Below the pieces are notes generated by a model. The model saw only the letters and a list, made by a program, of their open reading frames with translations. It was not told the origin of the DNA and did not search any database. The translations under genes and the position numbers were made by a program. DNA of 64,000 nt, from NCBI GenBank assembly GCA_043803405.1, contig JAZDKB010000053.1, positions 21,185 through 85,184 on the forward strand, in the 5' to 3' direction. Source of the DNA: Spirochaetota bacterium. GTDB taxonomy: Bacteria; Spirochaetota; UBA4802; JAFGDQ01. This document shows positions 1 to 9,251 of the stretch, one piece after another (positions within the stretch are counted from its first letter, which is position 1; each line of letters starts with the position of its first letter).

Positions 1-2
1 AT

Positions 3-1064
3 GTTGAGGATATTTTGATCGGCTGCTGTTTCCCTGAAGCGGAGCAGGGATTTAATATAGCCAGAGTAACGGCTTTACTGGGGAAATTTCCGGATGAGAC
101 CAGTGGGGCAACATATAACAGATTTTGCTCCTCCAGCCTTGAAACAATTGCAATACAGTCAATGAGGATAGCATCCGGGTGGTGCGAGGTCGCAATTGCC
201 GGAGGCATTGAATCTATGAGTATAGTGCCGATGACCGGCAACCTGCCGCGGCCTCATCCCGATCTTGCAAAGGATCGGCCTGAAGCTTTTACATCCATGG
301 GAGTTACAGCCGAGAATGTGGCAAAACGCTACAAAATAAGCAGGGAAATGCAGGATGAATTCAGTTATCATTCGCATATCAAGGCCGCTGAAGCGCAGAA
401 AAAAAATCTGTTTAAAGAGATAGTGCCTGTACCTTCGCATAAGTATGTTGAAGATGCGGACGGTTCTGTAAGGAGAGAAATCAGGTCGCAGGATATTGAT
501 GACGGCATACGTGCTAACACAACAATTTCCGGGCTTGCAAAGCTTCGGCCGATATTTTCAGCAAGAGGTACAGTGACAGCAGGTAATTCATCCCAAATGT
601 CCGACGGGGCTTCGGCAACACTTCTAATGAGCGGGGATGCCGTAAAAAAATTTGGCGTTAAACCTGCAGCAATGCTGAAATATTTTGCAGTGACAGGCGT
701 AAAACCCGATGAAATGGGCGTAGGCCCTCTATATGCAATACCAAAACTGTTAAAAATTGCAGGTATGAAAATTGATGACATTGGCCTGTTTGAGATCAAT
801 GAAGCGTTTGCTTCGCAGGCAATATATTGTCTTCGGGAACTCGGCCTTTACAATAAAGAATTATGGGAATCCGGCAGCAGTGTTAGAAAAATAAATGTTA
901 ATGGCGGCGCAATAGCTCTCGGGCACCCGATCGGTTGTACGGGAGCTAAACTCGCAGCTCAGCTGATTAATATGATGAAGGAAAAAAATGTGAAATACGG
1001 CATTGAATCAATGTGTGTAGGAGGGGGCATGGGCGCTGCTGCGCTTTTTGAACTGGTAGAGTAA
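3..1064 (+). CDS. Acetyl-CoA C-acyltransferase (thiolase), 5'-truncated by window edge
   Basis: Thiolase motifs NRFCSSSL, NEAFA, GGAIALGHP, CVGGGMG; frame open to the window start. Confidence 0.93.
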   Translation, partial: VEDILIGCCFPEAEQGFNIARVTALLGKFPDETSGATYNRFCSSSLETIAIQSMRIASGWCEVAIAGGIESMSIVPMTGNLPRPHPDLAKDRPEAFTSMGVTAENVAKRYKISREMQDEFSYHSHIKAAEAQKKNLFKEIVPVPSHKYVEDADGSVRREIRSQDIDDGIRANTTISGLAKLRPIFSARGTVTAGNSSQMSDGASATLLMSGDAVKKFGVKPAAMLKYFAVTGVKPDEMGVGPLYAIPKLLKIAGMKIDDIGLFEINEAFASQAIYCLRELGLYNKELWESGSSVRKINVNGGAIALGHPIGCTGAKLAAQLINMMKEKNVKYGIESMCVGGGMGAAALFELVE

Positions 1065-1152
1065 GCAAATATTTTTACTACGTTGAGTAAATTACTTGCC
1101 TAAAATAATACTATGTTGCATTTTTGAAATAGAATGATAATACAGGAGTTTT

Positions 1153-2100
1153 ATGATGGCAAAAGTCGCTTATCTTTACGATGACATTTATTTACAACAT
1201 GAAACCGGGTATGGGCATCCTGAATGTCCTGAAAGATTATCTGCTATTAATTATAAAGTCAAGATGCTTCCTTTCTATAATGATATTATTAAAGTTGATA
1301 AGAAAAAAGCTGATTTTAAATATATTGAATTAATCCATGACAGGAGTTATATCGATAGAGTAAAAACTGAAATAGAATCCGGAACCAGATTCCTTGATTC
1401 AATGGACACCGTTGTAAGCTCAATGTCGTTTGAGGCGGCTATATATGCCGTAGGCGGATGCCTTAACATGTGTGATGTCATTATGCGCGGGGAAGCGGAT
1501 TGCGGTTTCTGCGCTGTGCGTCCTCCAGGTCATCATGCTGAAAGAAATCATGCTGCCGGGTTCTGTATTTTTAACAACATAGCAATATCCGCGAAATATC
1601 TTCAAAAAGAATACAAAATAGAAAGAGTAGCAATAGTTGACTGGGACGTGCATCATGGAAACGGCACCCAGCATTCTTTTGAATCCGATCCGACCATATA
1701 TTTTTTCAGCCTTCATCAGTATCCCTATTATCCGGGTTCCGGCGCTGCCAGCGAAAGAGGGGAAGGAAAAGGTAAGGGTTTTAATCTGAATTTCCCAATG
1801 GGGCAGGGAAGCGGAGAAAAAGAATATATGCAGGCCTTTGAAAAAAGCATAATTCCCGAGCTGGAAAAATTTAAGCCCGAAATTATTTTAATATCGGCAG
1901 GTTTTGATTCTCATGAGGCTGATCCTTTGGCTTTGATAAGCCTTACGTCGGACTCGTATTATAAATTCACAAAGATGCTGCAGGGAGTTGCTAAAAAATA
2001 TTGCTCGAACAGAATGATTGCGTTCCTTGAAGGCGGATACGACCTTAATGCGTTAACAGACAGCGTAATAAGGGTAATGGAAGCTTTTAACGAAGGATAA
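1153..2100 (+). CDS. Histone deacetylase-family protein
   Basis: HPECPERL, RPPGHHA, GFCIFNN, DWDVHHGNGTQ, SAGFDSH, LEGGY motifs; AGGAG RBS. Confidence 0.95.
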   Translation: MMAKVAYLYDDIYLQHETGYGHPECPERLSAINYKVKMLPFYNDIIKVDKKKADFKYIELIHDRSYIDRVKTEIESGTRFLDSMDTVVSSMSFEAAIYAVGGCLNMCDVIMRGEADCGFCAVRPPGHHAERNHAAGFCIFNNIAISAKYLQKEYKIERVAIVDWDVHHGNGTQHSFESDPTIYFFSLHQYPYYPGSGAASERGEGKGKGFNLNFPMGQGSGEKEYMQAFEKSIIPELEKFKPEIILISAGFDSHEADPLALISLTSDSYYKFTKMLQGVAKKYCSNRMIAFLEGGYDLNALTDSVIRVMEAFNEG

Positions 2101-2110
2101 CCGGCAGAGG

Positions 2111-2452
2111 TTATCGGCTACTGAAAGCAGGTGCGGACGAAGCGAAATATTCTGTCCCGCTAAATATATCACCAATAAGCCCTTCATCAAGCATTGATAT
2201 TAATGCTTTTGTTTTCTGTTCCATCTCTCCGGTAACATCGCTTTTTATACTCTGAAGCTGTAAATATTCATCCGCGATATTTAGTGCAGCGAGAATTGCT
2301 AACTGGGCAATATTGCCGCTTGTAACTGATTTCCCGATTTCTTTCATCTTATTGTCAATATATTCGGCTAATTTTAAAATGTATTCAGGTTCAGCTTCGC
2401 CCATTATGCTGTATTCATTGCCGTAAATATTGACTTTTACTCTGGATTCCAT
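2111..2452 (-). CDS. zapA: Cell division protein ZapA
   Basis: VKVNIYGNEY...LAEYIDNKM...AILAALNIADE pattern. Confidence 0.88.
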   Translation of the reverse strand: MESRVKVNIYGNEYSIMGEAEPEYILKLAEYIDNKMKEIGKSVTSGNIAQLAILAALNIADEYLQLQSIKSDVTGEMEQKTKALISMLDEGLIGDIFSGTEYFASSAPAFSSR

Positions 2453-2545
2453 TATTTCCTCATAACTATCATAATGAATTATTTAAATAATACAGGATAT
2501 TTTTCCAGCTATGCCGGGAATTTGACTAATAGTCAGATTTAATAA

Positions 2546-3229
2546 TTATTTTTTCTTTTTATTCGGTTTCTCATCTTCTTCGATTATAATAAAATCATCG
2601 TCGCTTTCGGTTTTATCTCCCTCTGCTTCGGAATCGTCAATAATAACCAGTTCGTCGTCAACATCATCTATAACAATCTCGTCTTCATCGTCATCCAGCA
2701 AGACTATCTCGTCATCATCTTCTGCCGATTCGGATTTAACTACTATGTCATCATCTCCGGATGTTTCATCATCAATTATAATAATGTCGTCATCTTCTTC
2801 AGAAGCATCTTTTTCAGGTTCAAGCGCGTCTACAGATACGTCTTCCAGCTCTCCCAGGGTATCGTCGTCTTCTATCGGAGTGCCAATTGAAGATGACACA
2901 GCTGCAGGTTTTCTGGCTGGTTCTCCGGCAGGTATAGCGCCTTCCTTCACAGTTTCAAGCCTTGTGAGAAGTTCAATGATTTTCTTTTCGAGAACGTCTT
3001 CCTTCTCTCTAATTTCATCCAGCTCTTTAATTTTAGCAGCAAGTTCTTTCTGAATTTTTTCCAACTCCTGCTCTTTTTCCTCAAGGCTTAGCTTAGCGTC
3101 TTCCGCCTGCGCCTGAAGAGACTCGTTATCCGTTTCAAGCTTCGAGTTTTCGGTTCTTAAATCTCCTATCAGTTGTAAAGCTTTTACTATCCTGCTTTCC
3201 AGTTCTTCCAGTTGCTGCATTGAAATCAT
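2546..3229 (-). CDS. ZapB-like coiled-coil protein with long acidic C-terminal tail
   Basis: N-terminal heptad coiled coil, position upstream of zapA, D/E-rich tail. Confidence 0.6.
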   Translation of the reverse strand: MISMQQLEELESRIVKALQLIGDLRTENSKLETDNESLQAQAEDAKLSLEEKEQELEKIQKELAAKIKELDEIREKEDVLEKKIIELLTRLETVKEGAIPAGEPARKPAAVSSSIGTPIEDDDTLGELEDVSVDALEPEKDASEEDDDIIIIDDETSGDDDIVVKSESAEDDDEIVLLDDDEDEIVIDDVDDELVIIDDSEAEGDKTESDDDFIIIEEDEKPNKKKK

Positions 3230-3410
3230 TATTATACCTCCGGTAAAACATTTATTAGTTAAATATTTATCTCATCTTCAATATCTGGCTCAATATCCGT
3301 TTCAGAAAATATACCCTGTAATGATATACGGAATAATTCGCCTTCAATTACAGGCTCTTAACCGTTATTTTTAAAATATAAGATTATACTTATTTTCGGC
3401 TGAAACAGGA

Positions 3411-3440
3411 AATAAGACTATAACAAATTATAGTCTTATT
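3411..3440. terminator. Perfect AT-rich hairpin (13-bp arms), possible terminator or processing site
   Basis: AATAAGACTATAA-CAAA-TTATAGTCTTATT immediately after the stop of the 3445-4359 gene. Confidence 0.4.
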
Positions 3441-3444
3441 TAAA

Positions 3445-4359
3445 TTAAAATTGCAAGCTAAAATCAAATCCGAGGACGGATTTAATATAATTTTTTTCTC
3501 TTATGGGATTTACGATGTAATAAGTTCCCAGAAATAAAGAATTTGAAAAGAAATACCTTCCCCCAATGGATATTAATATCGGGTTAATTCCTGATCCTTC
3601 AACAGGAATATTTTCGTATCCGGATTGTTTTTTATAAACCCTGTGAGAAGCATAAAATTCAATAAATGGTATGATCGGGTAAATGATATCAGTATTGACT
3701 GCTGTTGAGCACACAGCATAATCGTTTTTCAGCCTGCTGCCCGAAAGAAAAGTATCTTTTGATTTGAAATTGAGGCCGAATAATTTTGAATAGGTTTCTT
3801 TTTTAGTAAGATTAAAATAAAATCCGTTATAAAACCCCTCGTCCTCCCCCTCCCTGAATACATAAAATATATTGAGATGCAGGAATATTGATTTATATAT
3901 GTCAAACTTAAACACAGGGCCTATCTTTAACTCGTTTTTACCAAACGAAACATTTCTCCATTCGCTTTCGGCGTATGCATCCGGCCCTGTCGGTAAACGG
4001 AACAGGAAAAGCAAACCTGTATGCATAAAATTAAAAAAATCTCCCAGATAAAACCATGCTTTTAAATACGAGTCGCCCAGTTTGCTTGAAGACGCGTTTA
4101 TTATATTATTATGAATATAATCCACCGAATACCAGACCGTGATGCTAGAGAACGCTCCGAAACCTATGGAATAGTTTTCTTTACGGAAGTTATTATTTAC
4201 TTTTATGATTTCTTCGCGCAGACCAACTGTAATTTCGCTTTCCGGGATTGTGTAGATCGTTTCAGTTAGAGGCAGGCTTGCTTTAATATCAGTGCAAAAG
4301 TAAAATAAAATAAGCGCCACAACGGCGCTTATCATTCTAATTTTGTTTATGCTGTGCAT
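3445..4359 (-). CDS. Hypothetical exported, probable outer-membrane beta-barrel protein
   Basis: Signal peptide, aromatic-rich alternating strands, C-terminal Phe (FDFSLQF). Confidence 0.6.
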   Translation of the reverse strand: MHSINKIRMISAVVALILFYFCTDIKASLPLTETIYTIPESEITVGLREEIIKVNNNFRKENYSIGFGAFSSITVWYSVDYIHNNIINASSSKLGDSYLKAWFYLGDFFNFMHTGLLFLFRLPTGPDAYAESEWRNVSFGKNELKIGPVFKFDIYKSIFLHLNIFYVFREGEDEGFYNGFYFNLTKKETYSKLFGLNFKSKDTFLSGSRLKNDYAVCSTAVNTDIIYPIIPFIEFYASHRVYKKQSGYENIPVEGSGINPILISIGGRYFFSNSLFLGTYYIVNPIREKNYIKSVLGFDFSLQF

Positions 4360-4377
4360 TCACCTTTCGGGAAATTG

Positions 4378-4734
4378 TTATGCAAACTTTTCTTTAACAG
4401 TATCGACTATTTTTTGAAAAGCTTTCTGATCCTTTACCGCAATATCTGCCAGCATTTTTCGGTTTATTTCTATATTGGATTTCTGCAAACCGTTGATCAG
4501 CTTGCTGTAGGAAATCCCGCAAATTCTGGCTGCAGCGTTTATCCGAATTATCCATAATGCACGAAAGTCTCTTTTTTTAGCACGTCTGTGGATATATGAA
4601 TTTGTAAGCGCTCTTCGTCTTGCATCTTTAGCTGTTCTAAAGAGCAGGCTTCTGGCGCCGATAAAGCCTTTGGTATCCTTCAGTATTTTTTTTCTTTTTT
4701 GATTATGTGTTTTACCGCTTATGGCTCTTGGCAT
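4378..4734 (-). CDS. rplT: 50S ribosomal protein L20
   Basis: KRDFRALWIIRINAAAR, INRKMLADIAV; thrS-infC-rpmI-rplT synteny. Confidence 0.98.
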   Translation of the reverse strand: MPRAISGKTHNQKRKKILKDTKGFIGARSLLFRTAKDARRRALTNSYIHRRAKKRDFRALWIIRINAAARICGISYSKLINGLQKSNIEINRKMLADIAVKDQKAFQKIVDTVKEKFA

Positions 4735-4765
4735 AGTTTTCCTCGTTATTATTAATAATTATTTG

Positions 4766-4969
4766 TTAGCAGCTCGCATACGGCATCATCTTTTTTAATC
4801 TGTTCGCAACTGCTGCAGGTTCAATTTCGGATTTTCTAAGATGCCGTTTGCGTTTTGTGGTTTTATTTTCGAGCAAATGGCTTTTGCATGCCTTGGCTCT
4901 CTTTACCTTGCCGGTTTTAGTTATTTTAAATCTTTTTTTTGCGCCACTGTTTGTTTTTAATTTAAGCAT
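4766..4969 (-). CDS. rpmI: 50S ribosomal protein L35
   Basis: KLKTNSGAKKRFKITKTGK; synteny. Confidence 0.97.
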   Translation of the reverse strand: MLKLKTNSGAKKRFKITKTGKVKRAKACKSHLLENKTTKRKRHLRKSEIEPAAVANRLKKMMPYASC

Positions 4970-4971
4970 TA

Positions 4972-5553
4972 TTAACCTCGTTCTTCTTCATCTTGTTCTT
5001 TCGACTTTTTCTTTTTTTTGTTGCCTCCGGGGGCTACAACCATTGCAATAGCACGTCCTTCTGTCGTTGCCTGCTGTTCAACCTGAATTAGATCTTCAAG
5101 GTCGACAAGCACTCTTTCAAGGAGACTGAATCCAAGTTCGTTATGCACAATCTCTCTTCCCTTGAACCTGATTGAGAATTTAACTTTGTCGCCTTTTTCT
5201 AAAAATGATTTTGCCTGATTGATTTTAGTGTCATAATCGTGACTCGCAATAGCAGGTCTCAGTTTAATCTCCTTTAAATGAATTACTTTCTGTTTCTTTT
5301 TATTTTCCTTGGTCTTCTTCCTCTGATCAAACACAAATCTACTGTAATCAATTAGCTTTACGACCGGAGGATTCTGGTTAGGAGATATCTCAACTAAATC
5401 GAGCGTTTTTTCGCGTGCAATCCGTAATGCATCTTCAAGGGATACAATGGTCGATTCACCATCTTCTCCGACAAGCCTGACCTTATCCGCTCTTATCTCC
5501 TCATTGGTCCTTAATCCTTTGCTTTTTCCCATTTTTGAATCAGATTTGTTTAT
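4972..5553 (-). CDS. infC: Translation initiation factor IF-3, probable ATA start
   Basis: NEEIRA, LDLVEISP, KEIKLRP, KVKFSIRFKGRE; AGGAGG lies 6 nt before an in-frame ATA at 5553-5551 (first ATG is at 5532). Confidence 0.95.
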   Translation of the reverse strand: MNKSDSKMGKSKGLRTNEEIRADKVRLVGEDGESTIVSLEDALRIAREKTLDLVEISPNQNPPVVKLIDYSRFVFDQRKKTKENKKKQKVIHLKEIKLRPAIASHDYDTKINQAKSFLEKGDKVKFSIRFKGREIVHNELGFSLLERVLVDLEDLIQVEQQATTEGRAIAMVVAPGGNKKKKKSKEQDEEERG

Positions 5554-5663
5554 AACGATCCTCCTAATTATAAATTTGGATTAGCTGAAAATAATAAATA
5601 GATAAAATCAACAAAATTTCTATTAATTTAACATTATTTTTTTAGAAAATAAAGAATTTTTTG

Positions 5664-7586
5664 CTAAATTTTATCATTAATTTCTTTTTTAATGATTTTT
5701 ATAAATTCTTCTGTAGAAAAAGATGCGGATTCTTTTTCGCCTCTTTTCCTTATGGAAATTGTTCCCTGTTCGGATTCTTTTTTACCAATGACACCGATAT
5801 ACGGCACTTTTTTGCCGATGGCATCCCTGATCTTGTAACCGATGGTTTCTTCCCTTAAATCGGATTCTGTACGAATATCTTCAAGTAAAAGCTTCTTTTC
5901 AAGTTTTTCGGTATAATCTTTTGAGTCTTCGCCTACGTTTATAAGAATAATCTGTATGGGCGCAAGCCATGCAGGAAATTTGCCTGCATAATGCTCAATG
6001 AGTACTCCGATAAATCTTTCCATTGAGCCTAATAGCGCCCTGTGTATCATATAAGGTTGATGCTTTTTGCCGTCTTTATCAATATAAGATAATTCAAAGC
6101 GTTCGGGTAGATTAAAATCGAACTGAATCGTTGAACACTGCCATTCGCGTCCGAGCGCGTCCATTATTTTAATATCGATCTTTGGGCCGTAGAATGCGCC
6201 GCCGCCTTCGTCGAGCTCGAATTTGATGCCTGCGCGCTTAACGGATTCTTCCAGCGCGCGGGTTGCGTCTACCCATGCGGATTCATCGCCTACGGATTTC
6301 TCCTTTGGCCTTGTTGCAAGATACACCTTAAACTTCTGAAATCCGAACGAGCGCAACATGAACAGGCAGAACGCAAGAACTCTGTCGATTTCCTCCGGCA
6401 TCTGGTCGGGCCTGCATATTAGATGCGCGTCATCTTGGGTAAACCCGCGAACACGCAGCAGACCGTGCAGTACTCCGCTACGTTCGTATCTGTATACTGT
6501 TCCGAGTTCTGCCCAGCGCAGGGGCAGTTCCCTGTAAGAGTAGCCCTTATTTTTATATATCATCAAATGAAATGGACAATTCATTGGTTTAATGAAATAA
6601 TCCTGTCCTTCAATATCCATTGGAGAATACATGTTTTCGTTGTAAAAATCGAGATGACCGCTTGTCTCCCATAGCTGTGCTTTGCCTATATGAGGAGTGG
6701 CCACCATTTCGTAGCCGTTTTTATAATGTTCTTCGCGCCAGAAGTTCTCAATAATGTTTTTAAGGCGCGCTCCTTTCGGATGCCACAATACGAGGCCGGC
6801 TCCCGTTTCTTCGTGAATGGAAAAAAGATCGAGTTCCTTGCCCAGCTTTCTGTGATCGCGCTTCTTTGCCTCTTCGAGCATTGTGAGATGCGTTTTTAGA
6901 GCCTTCGCGTCCGGGAACGCTATCCCGTATATGCGCTGAAGCATTTTATTTTTTTCGCTGCCCCGCCAGTATGCGCCCGCAACCGACAGAAGTTTGTAAG
7001 CTTTAAGATACGAGGTTCTCGGAACATGAGGCCCTCTGCAAAGGTCTACATATTCACCCTGCCTGTATATTGTTACAGGTCCTTCGCTTAGTTCGTTTAA
7101 AATTTCTACTTTATAGATTTCATTTTTATCCCGGAACAGTTTAATTGCTTCATTCCTGGTTATTTCTTCGCGGATGATCTCAAGGTCATCTTTTTCGATC
7201 TTCTGCATTTCGGCTTCAATTTTTTCAATATCTTCGGGTGTGAATGTTCTGTCTATGTCAAAATCATAATAAAATCCATCGTCGGTTGAAGGGCCGATTG
7301 ACGGTTTTGTCTGCGGGAACAGTCTTATTACAGCCTGTGCCATTAAATGCGAGGCCGAATGCCAGAAAACGTTTCTGCCTTCAGGTGTATCGAAGGTAAA
7401 AACGCTAAGCTTCGCGTCTTCGTTCATCTTATATGAAAGATCAACCAGATCGCTGTTAACTTTTGCGCATATTGCCGCTTTTTGTAATCCTTTTCCAATA
7501 TTGCCGATTATTTGGTAAACAGTGTTTCCTTTTTGGGCAGATAGAATGGAAGAATCCGGCAGGGTAATATTAATTTCTGAACTCAA
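5664..7586 (-). CDS. thrS: Threonine--tRNA ligase
   Basis: HSASHL, DLCRGPH, RDHRKLG, KPMNCP, RVRGFTQDDAH, GAFYGPKID; start moved to TTG at 7586 behind AGGTGG because the longer ORF overlaps a tRNA. Confidence 0.97.
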   Translation of the reverse strand: MSSEINITLPDSSILSAQKGNTVYQIIGNIGKGLQKAAICAKVNSDLVDLSYKMNEDAKLSVFTFDTPEGRNVFWHSASHLMAQAVIRLFPQTKPSIGPSTDDGFYYDFDIDRTFTPEDIEKIEAEMQKIEKDDLEIIREEITRNEAIKLFRDKNEIYKVEILNELSEGPVTIYRQGEYVDLCRGPHVPRTSYLKAYKLLSVAGAYWRGSEKNKMLQRIYGIAFPDAKALKTHLTMLEEAKKRDHRKLGKELDLFSIHEETGAGLVLWHPKGARLKNIIENFWREEHYKNGYEMVATPHIGKAQLWETSGHLDFYNENMYSPMDIEGQDYFIKPMNCPFHLMIYKNKGYSYRELPLRWAELGTVYRYERSGVLHGLLRVRGFTQDDAHLICRPDQMPEEIDRVLAFCLFMLRSFGFQKFKVYLATRPKEKSVGDESAWVDATRALEESVKRAGIKFELDEGGGAFYGPKIDIKIMDALGREWQCSTIQFDFNLPERFELSYIDKDGKKHQPYMIHRALLGSMERFIGVLIEHYAGKFPAWLAPIQIILINVGEDSKDYTEKLEKKLLLEDIRTESDLREETIGYKIRDAIGKKVPYIGVIGKKESEQGTISIRKRGEKESASFSTEEFIKIIKKEINDKI

Positions 7587-7629
7587 AACAACCACCTGAT
7601 AATAAAATACATCTAAAGTCTCCAGTAGC

Positions 7630-7703
7630 TGGGCGATATTGGACTTGAACCAACGACCTTCTGCGTGTCGAGCAGACGCTCTAGCCAGCTGAGCTAATCG
7701 CCC
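7630..7703 (-). tRNA. tRNA-Val(GAC), CCA not encoded
   Basis: GGGCGATTAGCTCAGCTGGCTAGAGCGTCTGCTC-GAC-ACGCAGAAGGTCGTTGGTTCAAGTCCAATATCGCCCA folds as a full cloverleaf. Confidence 0.96.
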
Positions 7704-7952
7704 TTGCAGGAAATTATTAGTTTGTTTTAGCAGCGCGGACATTGTCAACTAATTTTTTTAGGGAAAGTTGACATCAGGCTTATTCTTGATTTGTATTTGA
7801 CAGTTATAAAAAACTTTTTTGTATAATAATTTATTAAAAGACATCCTAAAATCTATATTATAATGTGGCAATTATCCTAAATTATTGTTTTCTCTGCAGA
7901 TATATAAAAAAATCAATAAATTCGAGTTTTATTTAAAATGTTGGATTTTGCC

Positions 7953-8006
7953 TTGACAAAATAGCTAACTATATTACTATATAAGTATATAATTATATAG
8001 TAATAT
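7953..8006 (+). promoter_or_regulatory. Sigma70-type promoter of the CODH/ACS cluster with overlapping 14-bp inverted repeat (candidate operator)
   Basis: TTGACA(7953)-16 nt-TACTAT(7975); ATATTACTATATAA-8 nt-TTATATAGTAATAT at 7971-8006. Confidence 0.55.
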
Positions 8007-8042
8007 GATATTAAAACAAATAATTCATAAAGGAATAACCTG

Positions 8043-8795
8043 ATGGGTTATGTAATAGCTCTTGCAGGCAAAGGCGGAGTCGGTAAAACAACTATTGCTG
8101 CCCTGACTGTCAAATATCTGCTCAATAATAACAAAACTCCAATTCTGGCAGTTGACGCTGACCCGAATTCGAATTTTCCGGAATCCATTGGGATAAATGT
8201 GAATGATACCATTGGAAGCGTTCTTGCCGATTTTCTGAAGAATAAATGCGCAGTCCCGCAGGGAATATCGAAGCAGTCATTCCTTGAACTGAGGCTGCAT
8301 CAGATATTAAAAGAAGGGAAAGATATCGACATGATGGCAATGGGCACGCCCGACGGCCCTGGCTGTTACTGCGCTGTTAATTCGATCCTTAAGGATTATT
8401 TTGACACTTTGGCGACTAATTATAAATACATAGTCATTGATAACGAAGCAGGAATGGAACATTTTAGCAGAAAGAATAACAGCATTATCGATCTTCTTAT
8501 TGTTTGTTCAAATTATTCGCGTAAAGGCATAATAACTGCGAAAAGGCTTTCCGATCTGGTTGATTCACTCGGCCTGGATGTTAAAGCAAGGGCTCTAGTT
8601 GTAAACCAGGCACCTGAGCAAATGGATGAAACTATACTTGAAGAAATAAAAAAAACAGGTTTGCCTCTGATGGGCAATATTGTGCCGGATAACCTGATTG
8701 AGGAATTTGAACTGAACGGTAAAGCATTAACCGGTTTGCCGAATAATTCAAAAGCATATCAAAGAATAGAATTGTATTTGAAAAAATATATATAA
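8043..8795 (+). CDS. cooC: CooC/AcsF-type nickel-insertion ATPase
   Basis: GKGGVGKTT, DADPNSN, GPGCYC, DNEAGMEH. Confidence 0.9.
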   Translation: MGYVIALAGKGGVGKTTIAALTVKYLLNNNKTPILAVDADPNSNFPESIGINVNDTIGSVLADFLKNKCAVPQGISKQSFLELRLHQILKEGKDIDMMAMGTPDGPGCYCAVNSILKDYFDTLATNYKYIVIDNEAGMEHFSRKNNSIIDLLIVCSNYSRKGIITAKRLSDLVDSLGLDVKARALVVNQAPEQMDETILEEIKKTGLPLMGNIVPDNLIEEFELNGKALTGLPNNSKAYQRIELYLKKYI

Positions 8796-8935
8796 GTATT
8801 AGATTAAGTTGTTAAAATTTTTTATTATTATAAATGCGCGATATCGAGTCAGAAAAGTTATCATTATTTACAAAAGAACTGGCAATATACATGTCCTCTT
8901 CGAATTAGAGACTGTATGAAAAGTAAGGCTGTAAA

Positions 8936-9070
8936 GCTCCCGGCCCCCTAAATCCCCCTAGAGGGGGACTTAAAAGCGGAAAAAGCACAAGCCTTTCAAT
9001 TTAAAAAAATCATAAGTCCTCCTCTAGGGGGATGGCGGCGAAACAGCCTAGGGGGCTGCACTAGCAAAGG
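8936..9070. repeat. Family A inverted-repeat element, gene-less copy 1
   Basis: CGGCCCCCTAAATCCCCCTAGAGGGGGACTT at 8941-8971 and an inverted partner at 9014-9058 carrying a small hairpin insert; flanks GCTCCC and AGCAAAGGCA shared with the 14111 copy. Confidence 0.8.
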
Positions 9071-9251
9071 CATTATCTCTTTGTTTAGCGTGCGATTTTT
9101 CCTGCTGGTTGGGCGGGGTCGAAACCATCGGGAACTACTAATGCAATCATAAACCGCTATAGTAGTAATCCTGATATATATTATCAGTTGCTTATTCATT
9201 TTGCAATATACTCTAAATTTATTTCTATAAATATAATTACCGGAGGACAGA

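Noticed and set aside
2101..2110. 6S RNA downstream of zapA
   Set aside because: Only 10 bp separate zapA from the convergent deacetylase gene.
7587..7748. N-terminal extension of the ThrS ORF
   Set aside because: It is a read-through of the tRNA-Val gene; a TTG with an RBS at 7586 precedes the TGS domain.
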